Of a stretch of DNA of 64,000 nt, positions 40,515-49,700 are shown piece after piece. A program made the translations under genes and the position numbers. Position 1 is the stretch's first letter. Each line of letters begins with the position of its first letter. The DNA comes from a virus (lineage: Duplodnaviria > Heunggongvirae > Uroviricota > Caudoviricetes). The stretch is from positions 258,820-322,819 of the IMG/VR virus record IMGVR_UViG_3300031994_000003, one strand, 5' to 3'. The notes under the pieces are model-generated. The model was not told the DNA's origin. It did not search any database and saw only the letters and a program-made list of their open reading frames with translations.

Positions 40515-41804
40515 TTAATTTATAGTTAATGTACCATTTGAATATGATAATGATGGAACGTCTGATGTAAATGCAATCGTATTCCAACTACCCCAATCAC
40601 CCTGATTTATTGCTTGTCTAGCATATAATCTTCCATTAGTAGAATGAAAAAATTGCCAATTCCATGTACCACCATCAGATTTAGCATCTGCGGTACCAGA
40701 TACATATAAAACACCCCAATGCGCAGGAGTTCCTGTAGATGGGTCATTTACTTGATACGCACCTCTAGACCATATATTATTAAAATTTGATCTTATGTTA
40801 TTACCATTGATAGCTTTTAATATTTCCCATGCATGGCATGAATCAACAGTATCAGAATTTCCACCATCTGCTGGTTGTGAGTCGCCATCAACAGCTATTG
40901 TACCACTTTTATTTGGTACATAAAGAACATTAGAAGTATTATTACTATGAGTGTAATTATAATCTGTATCATATGAGAATGCTAATGTTTCGCCACCAAC
41001 AGATCCAAATGACCAAAATCCTGAGCTAGTTTTAACTCCAACAGCAGGATGCCAGTCATTACCTTGAGCAGATGTTCTTGTTGTTTTAATTACACAATTA
41101 TCTCTAGCAGAAATCCATGATCCACCAGCATCTCTATTTATATCACTTGTAATTGTTCCTCCAGATAATTTTAAATAAGACGAGTCATGATTATGCCCTT
41201 CTAAAGATACATGAGTACCACTAACTGAAACATATGGATCTGATCCACAATGTAATTCTATTTGTCCAGTTGTATCACTTGTTGATGGATTTATTATTAA
41301 ATTATCATCATTTGATGAAATTACAACATGATTACTATTTGATGTTCCAAAAACAATTTGTGTTGTTGATGATACTGAGCTACTACTATTTGCACCAGTT
41401 AAATATATATGACCACCAGATACATCTATTCCACCATTTGCATATAATCGTGATCTTATTTTTGTTCCTGACCCAGTTGGTAATACAACAAATTCTGCAT
41501 TATCTGTATTACTAAAATCATATGTGTTATGCGTTAAATCTGTATCAAATACTGCAAAAGCATATCCTGCATCTGCACTATTACAAATAAAAGCATAATC
41601 TTCAGTTAATTGTAAAGCACCAATATCTGTACTTCCGGTCCATGCTTGAATTGTTATATGACCTGCTCCAGATGGATAGGAAAATGCTCTTCCAGTATGA
41701 TTTAGAGTCGATCTATTTTCAATAAAGTTATTACCGCCTAGTGATATTCTGTTATTTCCCATAGATAAAGTTCCACTTATTGAAGTTGCCTTTAATGTAG
41801 CCAT
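40515..41804 (-). CDS. Tail-fibre tip / receptor-binding protein A (gp37/pyocin-knob-like C-terminus)
   Basis: MATLK start, GHNHDSSYL fibre repeat, C-terminal PAHWGVLYV...WQFF...GRLYAR...WGSWNTIAFTSD; RBS AAGGATGTG. Confidence 0.75.
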   Translation of the reverse strand: MATLKATSISGTLSMGNNRISLGGNNFIENRSTLNHTGRAFSYPSGAGHITIQAWTGSTDIGALQLTEDYAFICNSADAGYAFAVFDTDLTHNTYDFSNTDNAEFVVLPTGSGTKIRSRLYANGGIDVSGGHIYLTGANSSSSVSSTTQIVFGTSNSNHVVISSNDDNLIINPSTSDTTGQIELHCGSDPYVSVSGTHVSLEGHNHDSSYLKLSGGTITSDINRDAGGSWISARDNCVIKTTRTSAQGNDWHPAVGVKTSSGFWSFGSVGGETLAFSYDTDYNYTHSNNTSNVLYVPNKSGTIAVDGDSQPADGGNSDTVDSCHAWEILKAINGNNIRSNFNNIWSRGAYQVNDPSTGTPAHWGVLYVSGTADAKSDGGTWNWQFFHSTNGRLYARQAINQGDWGSWNTIAFTSDVPSLSYSNGTLTIN

Positions 41805-41826
41805 AATATCACATCCTTATATTCTT

Positions 41827-41841
41827 ATATAATAAATTGAT
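41827..41841 (-). promoter_or_regulatory. Variant late promoter ATCAATTTATTATAT (one mismatch in the AACA core) facing gene A
   Basis: 14/15 identical to the canonical copy at 41878-41892 on the opposite strand. Confidence 0.55.
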
Positions 41842-41856
41842 ATATATATATCAATT
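41835..41856. repeat. Perfect 22-bp palindrome AATTGATATATATATATCAATT
   Basis: Read directly; overlaps the variant promoter. Confidence 0.85.
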
Positions 41857-41877
41857 ATATTTAAAAAAAATTAACTC

Positions 41878-41892
41878 AACAATTTATTATAT
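41878..41892 (+). promoter_or_regulatory. Putative late promoter AACAATTTATTATAT facing gene B
   Basis: Canonical copy of the recurring motif. Confidence 0.7.
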
Positions 41893-41964
41893 TAGAACAT
41901 CTTATTTTAATGGGATTGGGGTCATTTTTATGGCAGCAACTCCATAATAAAGGAGTGTGATAAA

Positions 41965-43329
41965 ATGGCCACATTAAAACCAACCATAATTAATGGTGGT
42001 GGAAATACTGCACCATTAATTTTAAAAAATGGTGATAATGGATATAAAGAAGGATTACGAATCATTATGTCGAAAACTTGGTCTGATATTGTATTAGGTG
42101 GTTCAGGTCTAACAGAACAATCAGGAATATCAAATAATTCTTGGTTTATTGGTAATAATGATAGTAAATTTTATATAACAAGAGGCGACTCTGCTGGAAC
42201 AGCTGGTGGAGCACAACTTAAGTGTGTAGATAATTATTGGACATTTACTGGAAATATCTCTGTACCTACACTTACTGCAGATGGAATAAATGCAAGTGGT
42301 ACATCTAACAGAATTAATTTCAGACATATTGATGGACAAAAATGTAGCGATAGTGATTATAACCTATATCTTCAATATCACCAGTCAGATTATAAGACAT
42401 ATTTTAATGGTGGAACTTATTATATAAAAGGTGGATATTATAATGGTACTAGTGAATCATCAAATTATGCACATTTATTAAGAACATATGCCTCAAATAA
42501 TGCTTCACATGGTGGAGATTATTTATTAAAATGCCGTCATAATGTAGATGGAAATGATAGATTCAAACTTCAAATTACAAGAACTGATGGGACTGTTACA
42601 CATTCAACATCTGTAGATCATGCATTAACTGCTGATACTGTAGCAAATGCTACAAAATCAACAGGAATGACATTTACTGGAGATATTGCTTACCAAGGAT
42701 CTAAAAGTACAAATACAATTATTCATTTTTTAAATAATACCTCAGATGAATGGGGTAATGGTGTTGCAATTGGTGGAGGAGGACGAACTGTAATAGGTGG
42801 CGGTGAAGCAGCATCAAGTTTCTATGACTCAACAGGAACAGAAGATGTTATTTTAGCATCAGATAGTGGAGTATATATTAGAACATCAAATGATAATGGA
42901 TCTAATTTTAGTACATTTGATTTTAATTCAGATGGTTCATTTGTTGTTGGAAACTCATATATTTGGGTTCAAGCTGGAAGTTCTGCTGGTGGAGATAGAA
43001 ATAGATTAACAACATCAGCTGGTATGCCAGGAAATATGCAATATAATGTTAGTAGAAGAGGAACACAAATATATGCAAATGGTATTGCCTTTGCCGATCC
43101 ATATAATGGAAATAATAACAATGATAGTGCATGGATACGTCATATTGAAACTACTGGTAACTCAGGCTATTTAGAAATTGCAGTTGGTGATGACTCTGAT
43201 AATGAGCAAATATATTTTAGAGGATATAATACATCAAATGCTGTTGCGTGGAGTTCAAATATTCCACATGTTAATGGTACTGTTGCAGTAGTAACAGGAT
43301 ACTCAAATGGTACTTTAACATTAAATTAA
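41965..43329 (+). CDS. Tail-fibre tip / receptor-binding protein B
   Basis: MATLK start and YSNGTLTLN end shared with gene A; G/N/S/T-rich fibre segments (TFTGDI, GGGGRTVIGGGE, YLEIAVGDD); RBS AAGGAG. Confidence 0.75.
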   Translation: MATLKPTIINGGGNTAPLILKNGDNGYKEGLRIIMSKTWSDIVLGGSGLTEQSGISNNSWFIGNNDSKFYITRGDSAGTAGGAQLKCVDNYWTFTGNISVPTLTADGINASGTSNRINFRHIDGQKCSDSDYNLYLQYHQSDYKTYFNGGTYYIKGGYYNGTSESSNYAHLLRTYASNNASHGGDYLLKCRHNVDGNDRFKLQITRTDGTVTHSTSVDHALTADTVANATKSTGMTFTGDIAYQGSKSTNTIIHFLNNTSDEWGNGVAIGGGGRTVIGGGEAASSFYDSTGTEDVILASDSGVYIRTSNDNGSNFSTFDFNSDGSFVVGNSYIWVQAGSSAGGDRNRLTTSAGMPGNMQYNVSRRGTQIYANGIAFADPYNGNNNNDSAWIRHIETTGNSGYLEIAVGDDSDNEQIYFRGYNTSNAVAWSSNIPHVNGTVAVVTGYSNGTLTLN

Positions 43330-43358
43330 TAAAAATAAGGAGAATAAAAAAGAGAATT

Positions 43359-44162
43359 ATGAAAATTGGAATTGTAGGAATGGGCCATGTTGGCTCAAAT
43401 ATGTATAAGTTATTTAATGATGCAATGATATATGATACTAAATATACAAGAATGTATGATATCTTAACTGATAAAGAAATGGATCAAAAATATAAAAATA
43501 GGATCAATGAATGTGATGTAACATTTGTATGTGTTCCAACACCTCAAAATGAGGATGGTTCATGTAATACAAGTGCAGTAGAAGAAGTATTACAATGGTG
43601 CAAATCAAAATTAATAATTCTTCGTTCAACGGTATATATTGGATTTACTAGAGAAATGGCCACTAAATACAATAGATTAATTGTATTTCAACCAGAGTAT
43701 TATGGAGAAACAGTGGCACACCCATTAGTTAATTTATCTGAGAGACAATGGCTAACATTTGGTGGAGAAAAAGAAGGTATTGATTTAGCTATTCAAGCAT
43801 ATCAAACAGTAATGAATTCAAATGTTAGAATATATCAAGTATCATATGAAGAAGCAGAAATGGCTAAATATTTAGAAAATGCATATTTAGCGACTAAAGT
43901 AATATTCTGTAATGAAGCATATGATTTATGCAAGAAAATGAATATTGATTATAATCAAGTTCGTGAAGTATGGGCAGTTGCAGATCCTCGTATTGGTTCT
44001 TCACATACATTTGTATATCCAGATAATAGAGGATTTGGTGGTAGTTGCCTACCTAAAGATACATCTGCATTATTATATACTGCTAAACAAAATAATGTTG
44101 AGCTTGGTGTTTTAGATGCAGTATGCAAAATGAATATGAAATATAAGGAGGATAAACAATGA
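43359..44162 (+). CDS. ugd: UDP-glucose/GDP-mannose dehydrogenase family protein (short form)
   Basis: GIVGMGHVG NAD site, FVCVPTP, RSTV, QPEY, AEMAKYLENAYLATKV.FCNE, catalytic GFGGSCLPKD; lacks the C-terminal domain. Confidence 0.9.
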   Translation: MKIGIVGMGHVGSNMYKLFNDAMIYDTKYTRMYDILTDKEMDQKYKNRINECDVTFVCVPTPQNEDGSCNTSAVEEVLQWCKSKLIILRSTVYIGFTREMATKYNRLIVFQPEYYGETVAHPLVNLSERQWLTFGGEKEGIDLAIQAYQTVMNSNVRIYQVSYEEAEMAKYLENAYLATKVIFCNEAYDLCKKMNIDYNQVREVWAVADPRIGSSHTFVYPDNRGFGGSCLPKDTSALLYTAKQNNVELGVLDAVCKMNMKYKEDKQ

Positions 44163-44401
44163 GACAAATAAGTGATGATAAGCGTGAAATTCTTTTAGAA
44201 GGATTTTCTAATTTAGGTTATGTTATTAATGACTCTGGTAGTACAGAGGTTTTTATGGTAAAACAGGATTCAAATAATGTTACACATTTATTTTGGGTAT
44301 CTAATAAAGATGTTGAATATAAATATCTAAAAGATTTAAGATATCTTAATAAACAAATTCCAAAAAAAGAAATGAAAATATTAGAAGAATTTTTTAAATA
44401 A
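44159..44401 (+). CDS. Hypothetical protein
   Basis: 80-aa ORF with RBS AAGGAGG, overlapping the ugd stop (ATGA). Confidence 0.7.
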   Translation: MRQISDDKREILLEGFSNLGYVINDSGSTEVFMVKQDSNNVTHLFWVSNKDVEYKYLKDLRYLNKQIPKKEMKILEEFFK

Positions 44402-44412
44402 GGTGATATGAT

Positions 44413-44613
44413 ATGGCAATTGTGATTACATCAACATCTCAATTAAAAACAAGTGGGACATTTAATGAATATACTGATACTACAAAAAATATAACATTTA
44501 GTAGTAATTTTAACATTTATTGCAATGAATTTATAGAAGATGATAGTTTTTATTTTGAAAAAGATGGAAATGGAAATTATAAAATTCATTGCACAGAATT
44601 AGTAGAAGAATAG
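44413..44613 (+). CDS. Small structural protein resembling the C-terminus of the LamG protein 25569-26330
   Basis: NIYCNEFIE...GNYKIHCTELVE vs GNLWCKSIQY...GNVLCPEIE; RBS AAGGTG. Confidence 0.6.
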   Translation: MAIVITSTSQLKTSGTFNEYTDTTKNITFSSNFNIYCNEFIEDDSFYFEKDGNGNYKIHCTELVEE

Positions 44614-44619
44614 TAAAAG

Positions 44620-44631
44620 AACAATATATTA
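44620..44631 (+). promoter_or_regulatory. Putative late promoter AACAATATATTA
   Basis: AACA-N6-TA upstream of the second lipoprotein; identical 12-mer to 62057-62068. Confidence 0.55.
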
Positions 44632-44658
44632 GTATGAAAAAAGAGGTTATTAAAGAAA

Positions 44659-45471
44659 ATGAAATTATTTAAGAAAATTATTTTTAGTTTTTTATCATTA
44701 TTCCTTGTATTATCATTAGCATCTTGTTTTGGTAAAAAGAATGAACCAGATACAATTAAAAATAATGAAGTTGCATTAAATTCATTCACAGTAAAATCAG
44801 GATGCACAACAACTGTAGATCATAAAAAAGGAATATTAGAAGCAGGAAATACAGTAAGTCTTGCAATTAACTTATCTAATCCAAAAGGATATAAGATTAA
44901 TAATATTACATTTAAATTTGAAGGTACTGGTGCTGTAACATATAATACTAAGACATACAAATTTATCTCACATCAAACTGAAGGAGATTCTGAAGGAACT
45001 ACATTAACATGGAATACTATTGATAATGGTAAGTTATTCTTTACAAGTAAAACTGATGGTACTTTAGATATTACTGTTGGTGATATTACTGATGTAAAAT
45101 TTGATCATTTAAAAGTATCTATTTCAAAGATTCAATATGGTTCATCTACAGTAATTGCATCTGGTTATGTTGGAGAAAATAATAGTGTTGATCTATATGC
45201 TTGTACATATTCACAAGTAGATGTTACAGAAAAAATGGGATATCGTGAATTTACTGTTAAAGAAATAGATCCTAATATCAAGAAAGATTCATTAAAAGTA
45301 TTAAATGAAGCAGGTATTCAATTAACTCCAAATGAAGCAGGAGTGTATTCAACTGAAGGCTCTATTGTATATTTAATCTATACTATTGTTCCTGTTGAAG
45401 GTGTAGAATTCAACATTGAGCAAGGTTCAAAATATGGAAAATTTGTAATATACGAAGAACCAAAAGCATAA
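44659..45471 (+). CDS. Lipoprotein (signal peptide II)
   Basis: MKLFKKIIFSFLSLFLVLSLASC lipobox; beta-rich mature part. Confidence 0.8.
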   Translation: MKLFKKIIFSFLSLFLVLSLASCFGKKNEPDTIKNNEVALNSFTVKSGCTTTVDHKKGILEAGNTVSLAINLSNPKGYKINNITFKFEGTGAVTYNTKTYKFISHQTEGDSEGTTLTWNTIDNGKLFFTSKTDGTLDITVGDITDVKFDHLKVSISKIQYGSSTVIASGYVGENNSVDLYACTYSQVDVTEKMGYREFTVKEIDPNIKKDSLKVLNEAGIQLTPNEAGVYSTEGSIVYLIYTIVPVEGVEFNIEQGSKYGKFVIYEEPKA

Positions 45472-45476
45472 ATAAT

Positions 45477-45510
45477 GAAAGAAGCATTTATTGCTTCTTT
45501 CTTTTATTTT
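45477..45510 (+). terminator. Intrinsic terminator
   Basis: Stem GAAAGAAGCA/TGCTTCTTTC, loop TTTAT, T tract. Confidence 0.8.
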
Positions 45511-45533
45511 TTTTAACGAAATATACATATTTG

Positions 45534-45547
45534 AACAATTTATTATA
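45534..45547 (+). promoter_or_regulatory. Putative late promoter AACAATTTATTATA
   Basis: After a terminator, upstream of the ATG at 45576. Confidence 0.7.
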
Positions 45548-45575
45548 TAAAAAATAGACAATTGGAGATGGTGTT

Positions 45576-46694
45576 ATGGCTGATACAGTTAAAGCAAAAT
45601 CTACACTAACTAAGTGGCAACAATTCAAATTAAAAATGAGATTATTAGAAATATGGTTTATAAAAAACATATTTATATTTTTATGGATTTTATTTATCGT
45701 TTGTGTTGGATTAGCATTAGGAGGATATATCACAAAGAGTACTCCTGTATTTGGACCAATCTTTGGTGGAATTTCAGAAGATGTTCGTGCAATACTTGAT
45801 GAAAATGGTGCAAATGTAACAATATACTCTGTTATAGAATCAATTATTTCAATTGGTGCTGTAGTTGCATTATGTGCTACAAAAATGAAAAGATTAGGAT
45901 TAGAAGATATTAAATCTCGTAAAGTAAAATTATTATTAATTAAAGCAGGTTTATATTTTGATGAAAATGGTAAATTAACTAAGCGTATAGAAACAATAAC
46001 ATCACATGATATTAATGGTGATGGTAAAATTGGTGATAAACCAATTGAATACGGCGATGGTGAAAATATTTTCAAAGGTATTAAACGTGCCAGTGAAGAA
46101 TTTGTTACTATAGTTAAATTAGATTTATCTGAAGTAGAAGAAGACAAGCAAGAAGAAGTATATCAACATGTTGGTTTAGATGATGAAAAAGAAGGTATCG
46201 ATGATATCATTATTGAAACATCTAATAAGACAGCATCTCTATTAGACCCTACAATAGATGAAGCAATGGATTCTGAAGATAAAGAAGTTAAAAAGAAAAA
46301 TATTTTCAGAAGATTAGGTTTAGCAATTAAGAGTTTTGGTTCTAAGCTATCAAAAGATATAAAGATGACAAAAGAAATGGAATCAACAATTAAAGATTCA
46401 AAAGATGAGTTAAAAGAAAATATTGAATCTGCTGCAACTGTGTTAAATGATAACATAAATACATTAGGTATAACAGATGATACAGTAGCAGATATGGTAG
46501 AAATACAAGATTTAGATATTAACTTAAGTGAAAATAAAAATGAGGAAAGTGAAGAAATTATCAAAGTAGAAGAAGACAAGCAAGAAGAAGTAGTCATTGA
46601 ACAACCTGTTATTAAAACAGAATCAAAAGAAACACACAAATCACAAACTTCTCAAAATGATCTTGATAGTTTCCTTGCAAGTATAAGAAAATAG
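45576..46694 (+). CDS. Membrane protein with two N-terminal TM segments, DxNxDG motif and acidic tail (holin-like candidate)
   Basis: Hydrophobic IFIFLWILFIVCVGLALGG and IYSVIESIISIGAVVALC; HDINGDGKIGD; long E/D/K-rich C-terminus. Confidence 0.5.
   Translation: MADTVKAKSTLTKWQQFKLKMRLLEIWFIKNIFIFLWILFIVCVGLALGGYITKSTPVFGPIFGGISEDVRAILDENGANVTIYSVIESIISIGAVVALCATKMKRLGLEDIKSRKVKLLLIKAGLYFDENGKLTKRIETITSHDINGDGKIGDKPIEYGDGENIFKGIKRASEEFVTIVKLDLSEVEEDKQEEVYQHVGLDDEKEGIDDIIIETSNKTASLLDPTIDEAMDSEDKEVKKKNIFRRLGLAIKSFGSKLSKDIKMTKEMESTIKDSKDELKENIESAATVLNDNINTLGITDDTVADMVEIQDLDINLSENKNEESEEIIKVEEDKQEEVVIEQPVIKTESKETHKSQTSQNDLDSFLASIRK
46132..46592 (+). repeat. Exact 29-bp direct repeat (46132-46160 = 46564-46592)
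   Basis: AAGTAGAAGAAGACAAGCAAGAAGAAGTA twice, encoding VEEDKQEEV. Confidence 0.85.
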
Positions 46695-46703
46695 GTGATA
46701 TAA

Positions 46704-49700
46704 ATGCCAGATATAAGAAATCTAAAAAATGTTTTATATAAGACATTAGAATATACAACAAATATTGAAAGCAACAAATGTGTATTATTTTCAGCTAATG
46801 ATGCATATAAAATTGGTTGCTATCTATCTACACCTGATTTTAGTTTCTATTTTGAAGTAGATAATAATGGTGTTTATAAAATTACAAATGCAAAATGTAA
46901 TACAACTGGAAAATCTGTATCTATTTATTTTGAAAATACAAATAATATGAACAGATATTATGCAGAATTAAATTCTGGTATATTTGGTTATACAACTACT
47001 AGAAAAGAAATTTTCTATGGTATTATGAATGCAGAATTAACTGCTGCTACTACTGAAGTATTAGAAAATCCTGTTGTAACTATTGACTTTAGTACAGAAG
47101 AGATCTTAGGATCATACAAAATCTCTGATAATGCTGAAGTATTAGATATCAATGTCCAACGTAATGTTGTTGTTGGTGGTAATGCATCTGTTAGTCAGAA
47201 TTTAACTGTTTCTGGAAGTACATCTATTGCACAAGATTTAACAGTTAGTGGAGAAGCAACATTAAATGGTATTACAAACGTTATTTCAACAGCAACATTA
47301 AATACATTAAATGTAACAGGAAGCACAATTGCATCTAATGTTAATTCATGTACTACATTAACTTTAAATGAAAATACATTAGTTAATGGAGAAGCTGAGT
47401 TAAATGTTTTAAATGTAACTGATAATACAATTGCAAAAGACATTATTGCAAATGCATCTACAACTTTTGAAACAACCGTTAATGTTTCTGGTAATGCAGA
47501 TTTAAATAGATTAACTGTAAATAATCAATCAACTTTTAATAATTTAAATGTTGAAGGATTATTAAAATCTAAAGAAACAGTATTCTTAAATAAAACTGTT
47601 TGGGTTGATGATTTAAATAATATTGTAGAAACTGCAGACTTAACTGAAGCTGAAGTAAATTATTTAAATGGTCTTGAAGAATCAGAGAATTTAAGAGAAA
47701 TTACTGAAAATATTGATTCAGCAGATCCTACAAATAACAGAAGACATTTAAAAGAAGTTAATACATTTACTCCTACATTTGATGTTTCTGGAAATACTTA
47801 TTTAAATAACTTAGCTGTAAATACAAATACAACTATTAATGATTTAAATATTGAAGGTACATTAGATCAAACATCATCTAATAATACTGTTACTGTAACT
47901 GGAAATATTGGAATTAATAATATTGAAAGTATCAACACTGCAAATATTAACAATTTAAATATTGAAGGTACATTAGATCAAACATCATCTAATAATACTG
48001 TTACTGTAACTGGCGATATCATTGCTGTTGATGCAAATATTAATTCTGCTTCAATTAATGATTTTATTTCTGCTGGTGAAGTTTATGCTAATAAGGTAAC
48101 TTCTAAAGGAGAAATGACAATTGATAATGATACTATTGTCCAAAATATAGTATATGTTGATAATGAATCTGATATTGAAGCCATTAAAGAAAATTTAGGT
48201 AAAGTATTTGTAAAGAATACAACACCTATTAATGATGTATATAAAGTAGTTTCAGATGGAACTTCATTTACTGTACAACAATTAGCTGGTGTAATTAATA
48301 ATGAAAATGAATTTAAAACAACAGATTTATTAGTTGCTAAATATAATAATAAATATTATGATGTAGAAAAATATAATAAATTAACATTAGAAAATCATGA
48401 TTCATTAGAACCAGCAGTATTATCTACAGAAAATGCCGAAAAAGCTATTAAAAAATTATTACGAAATAATTTATATCGTTTAGATGCATCATCATTAATT
48501 GCTAAAAATGTTCGTTTTGCTGATTTATTAACAGTATATGGTACAACTATTATAGCAGATGGCGAAGATTATGGTAACATCTATTTTGGTGATACTGATG
48601 TTGCTGTACGTGGTGTAACTGTTGAAGCATATGGACAAATATCTGTTCCTGATGATTACAGACAATTTACAAGTAACAATGATGATTATGTCATTCAAAA
48701 AGCAGGTCATACAATTGAAAATGGTATAGAAGTACCTACATTAAATGAAGTTACAGTAGAATACGATAAAGAAAGTTTAAAAACAATTTTAAAAACTGTT
48801 ACTGATCGTATTAAACTTAATACTTCTGTATTAGGTCGTACTATTAAATTTGCAGATGGCATCATTTCAATTATTAATAAAGAAGTAACTGAAAATGATA
48901 CTACTTCAATTGTAAAACAATTAAATGTACGTAATAAATCTAAAATATTATTAGCAATATATGAAGATTCAACATCTTTATTTACAAATAATATGGATTT
49001 ATATGATCAATATTGTAATCCTGAATTAAATTTAAAATCAAATAAATTTAATGATCTTACAGGATATTCATTTGATGATGTTCTTGCGCATAATATAGAA
49101 TTAATAGATGATGTTGAAGATGGTTCAGATGATATAAAAGGTAAATATTTATATTTACCATATAGAAAAGATGGAAAATCTAAATACATCTATCCATCAT
49201 TATTAGTATATGTCGATGAAGATAATAATCATGATTTCCATATTCATGTACAACAAACACGTACTAATGGAAATGATCACACATATCTTGAATTAGATAA
49301 CGATGCATATGATTTTGTTTCTGAAACTTGGGGATTAAATCAATTAAATTTAGGAACAAACTTTTTAAATGATAAGCATAATAATTTATATATGCTAATC
49401 CCTTCTCCTGCAGTTGTTGAATCTTATGATACTATAATTACAGAAGATTATCTTGATGAACATAATGAAACACAAACTAGAGAAGTTCATGTTAATAATT
49501 ATGTTCTTCAAAATTCAATTTCATTATATGCTACTTCATTAGAAGCAAGTGATGATTATTTAGTTACTGCTAAAGCATTATATGGAATTTTAAATAATGG
49601 TGCTACAAGTACAACACCATTTGCAAGCAATATATTAAAACAAGGTACAAATAATAATTTATTATATCAACAAAATCCAACATCTACAAAATATGTTGAT

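Larger units (their letters stand above)
41785..41984. repeat. Inner imperfect inverted repeat, arms 41785-41818 and 41950-41984 (29/35 columns)
   Basis: AAGGA-TGTGATATTATGGCTACATTAAAGGCAAC vs AAGGAGTGTGATAAAATGGCCACATTAAAACCAAC; covers the RBS and MATLK start of both genes. Confidence 0.75.
40511..43333. repeat. Outer imperfect inverted repeat, arms 40511-40545 and 43299-43333 (31/35 identical)
   Basis: ATATTCAAATGGTACATTAACTATAAATTAATAAA (reverse complement of the left arm) vs ATACTCAAATGGTACTTTAACATTAAATTAATAAA; these encode the shared YSNGTLT(I/L)N* ends. Confidence 0.8.

Noticed and set aside
40515-43329. Classical Gin/Cin-type segment with a constant N-terminus fused to alternative C-termini
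   Set aside because: Both genes have their own RBS and ATG, they are head-to-head rather than sharing an external 5' part, and no invertase gene is adjacent; reported instead as an atypical candidate.
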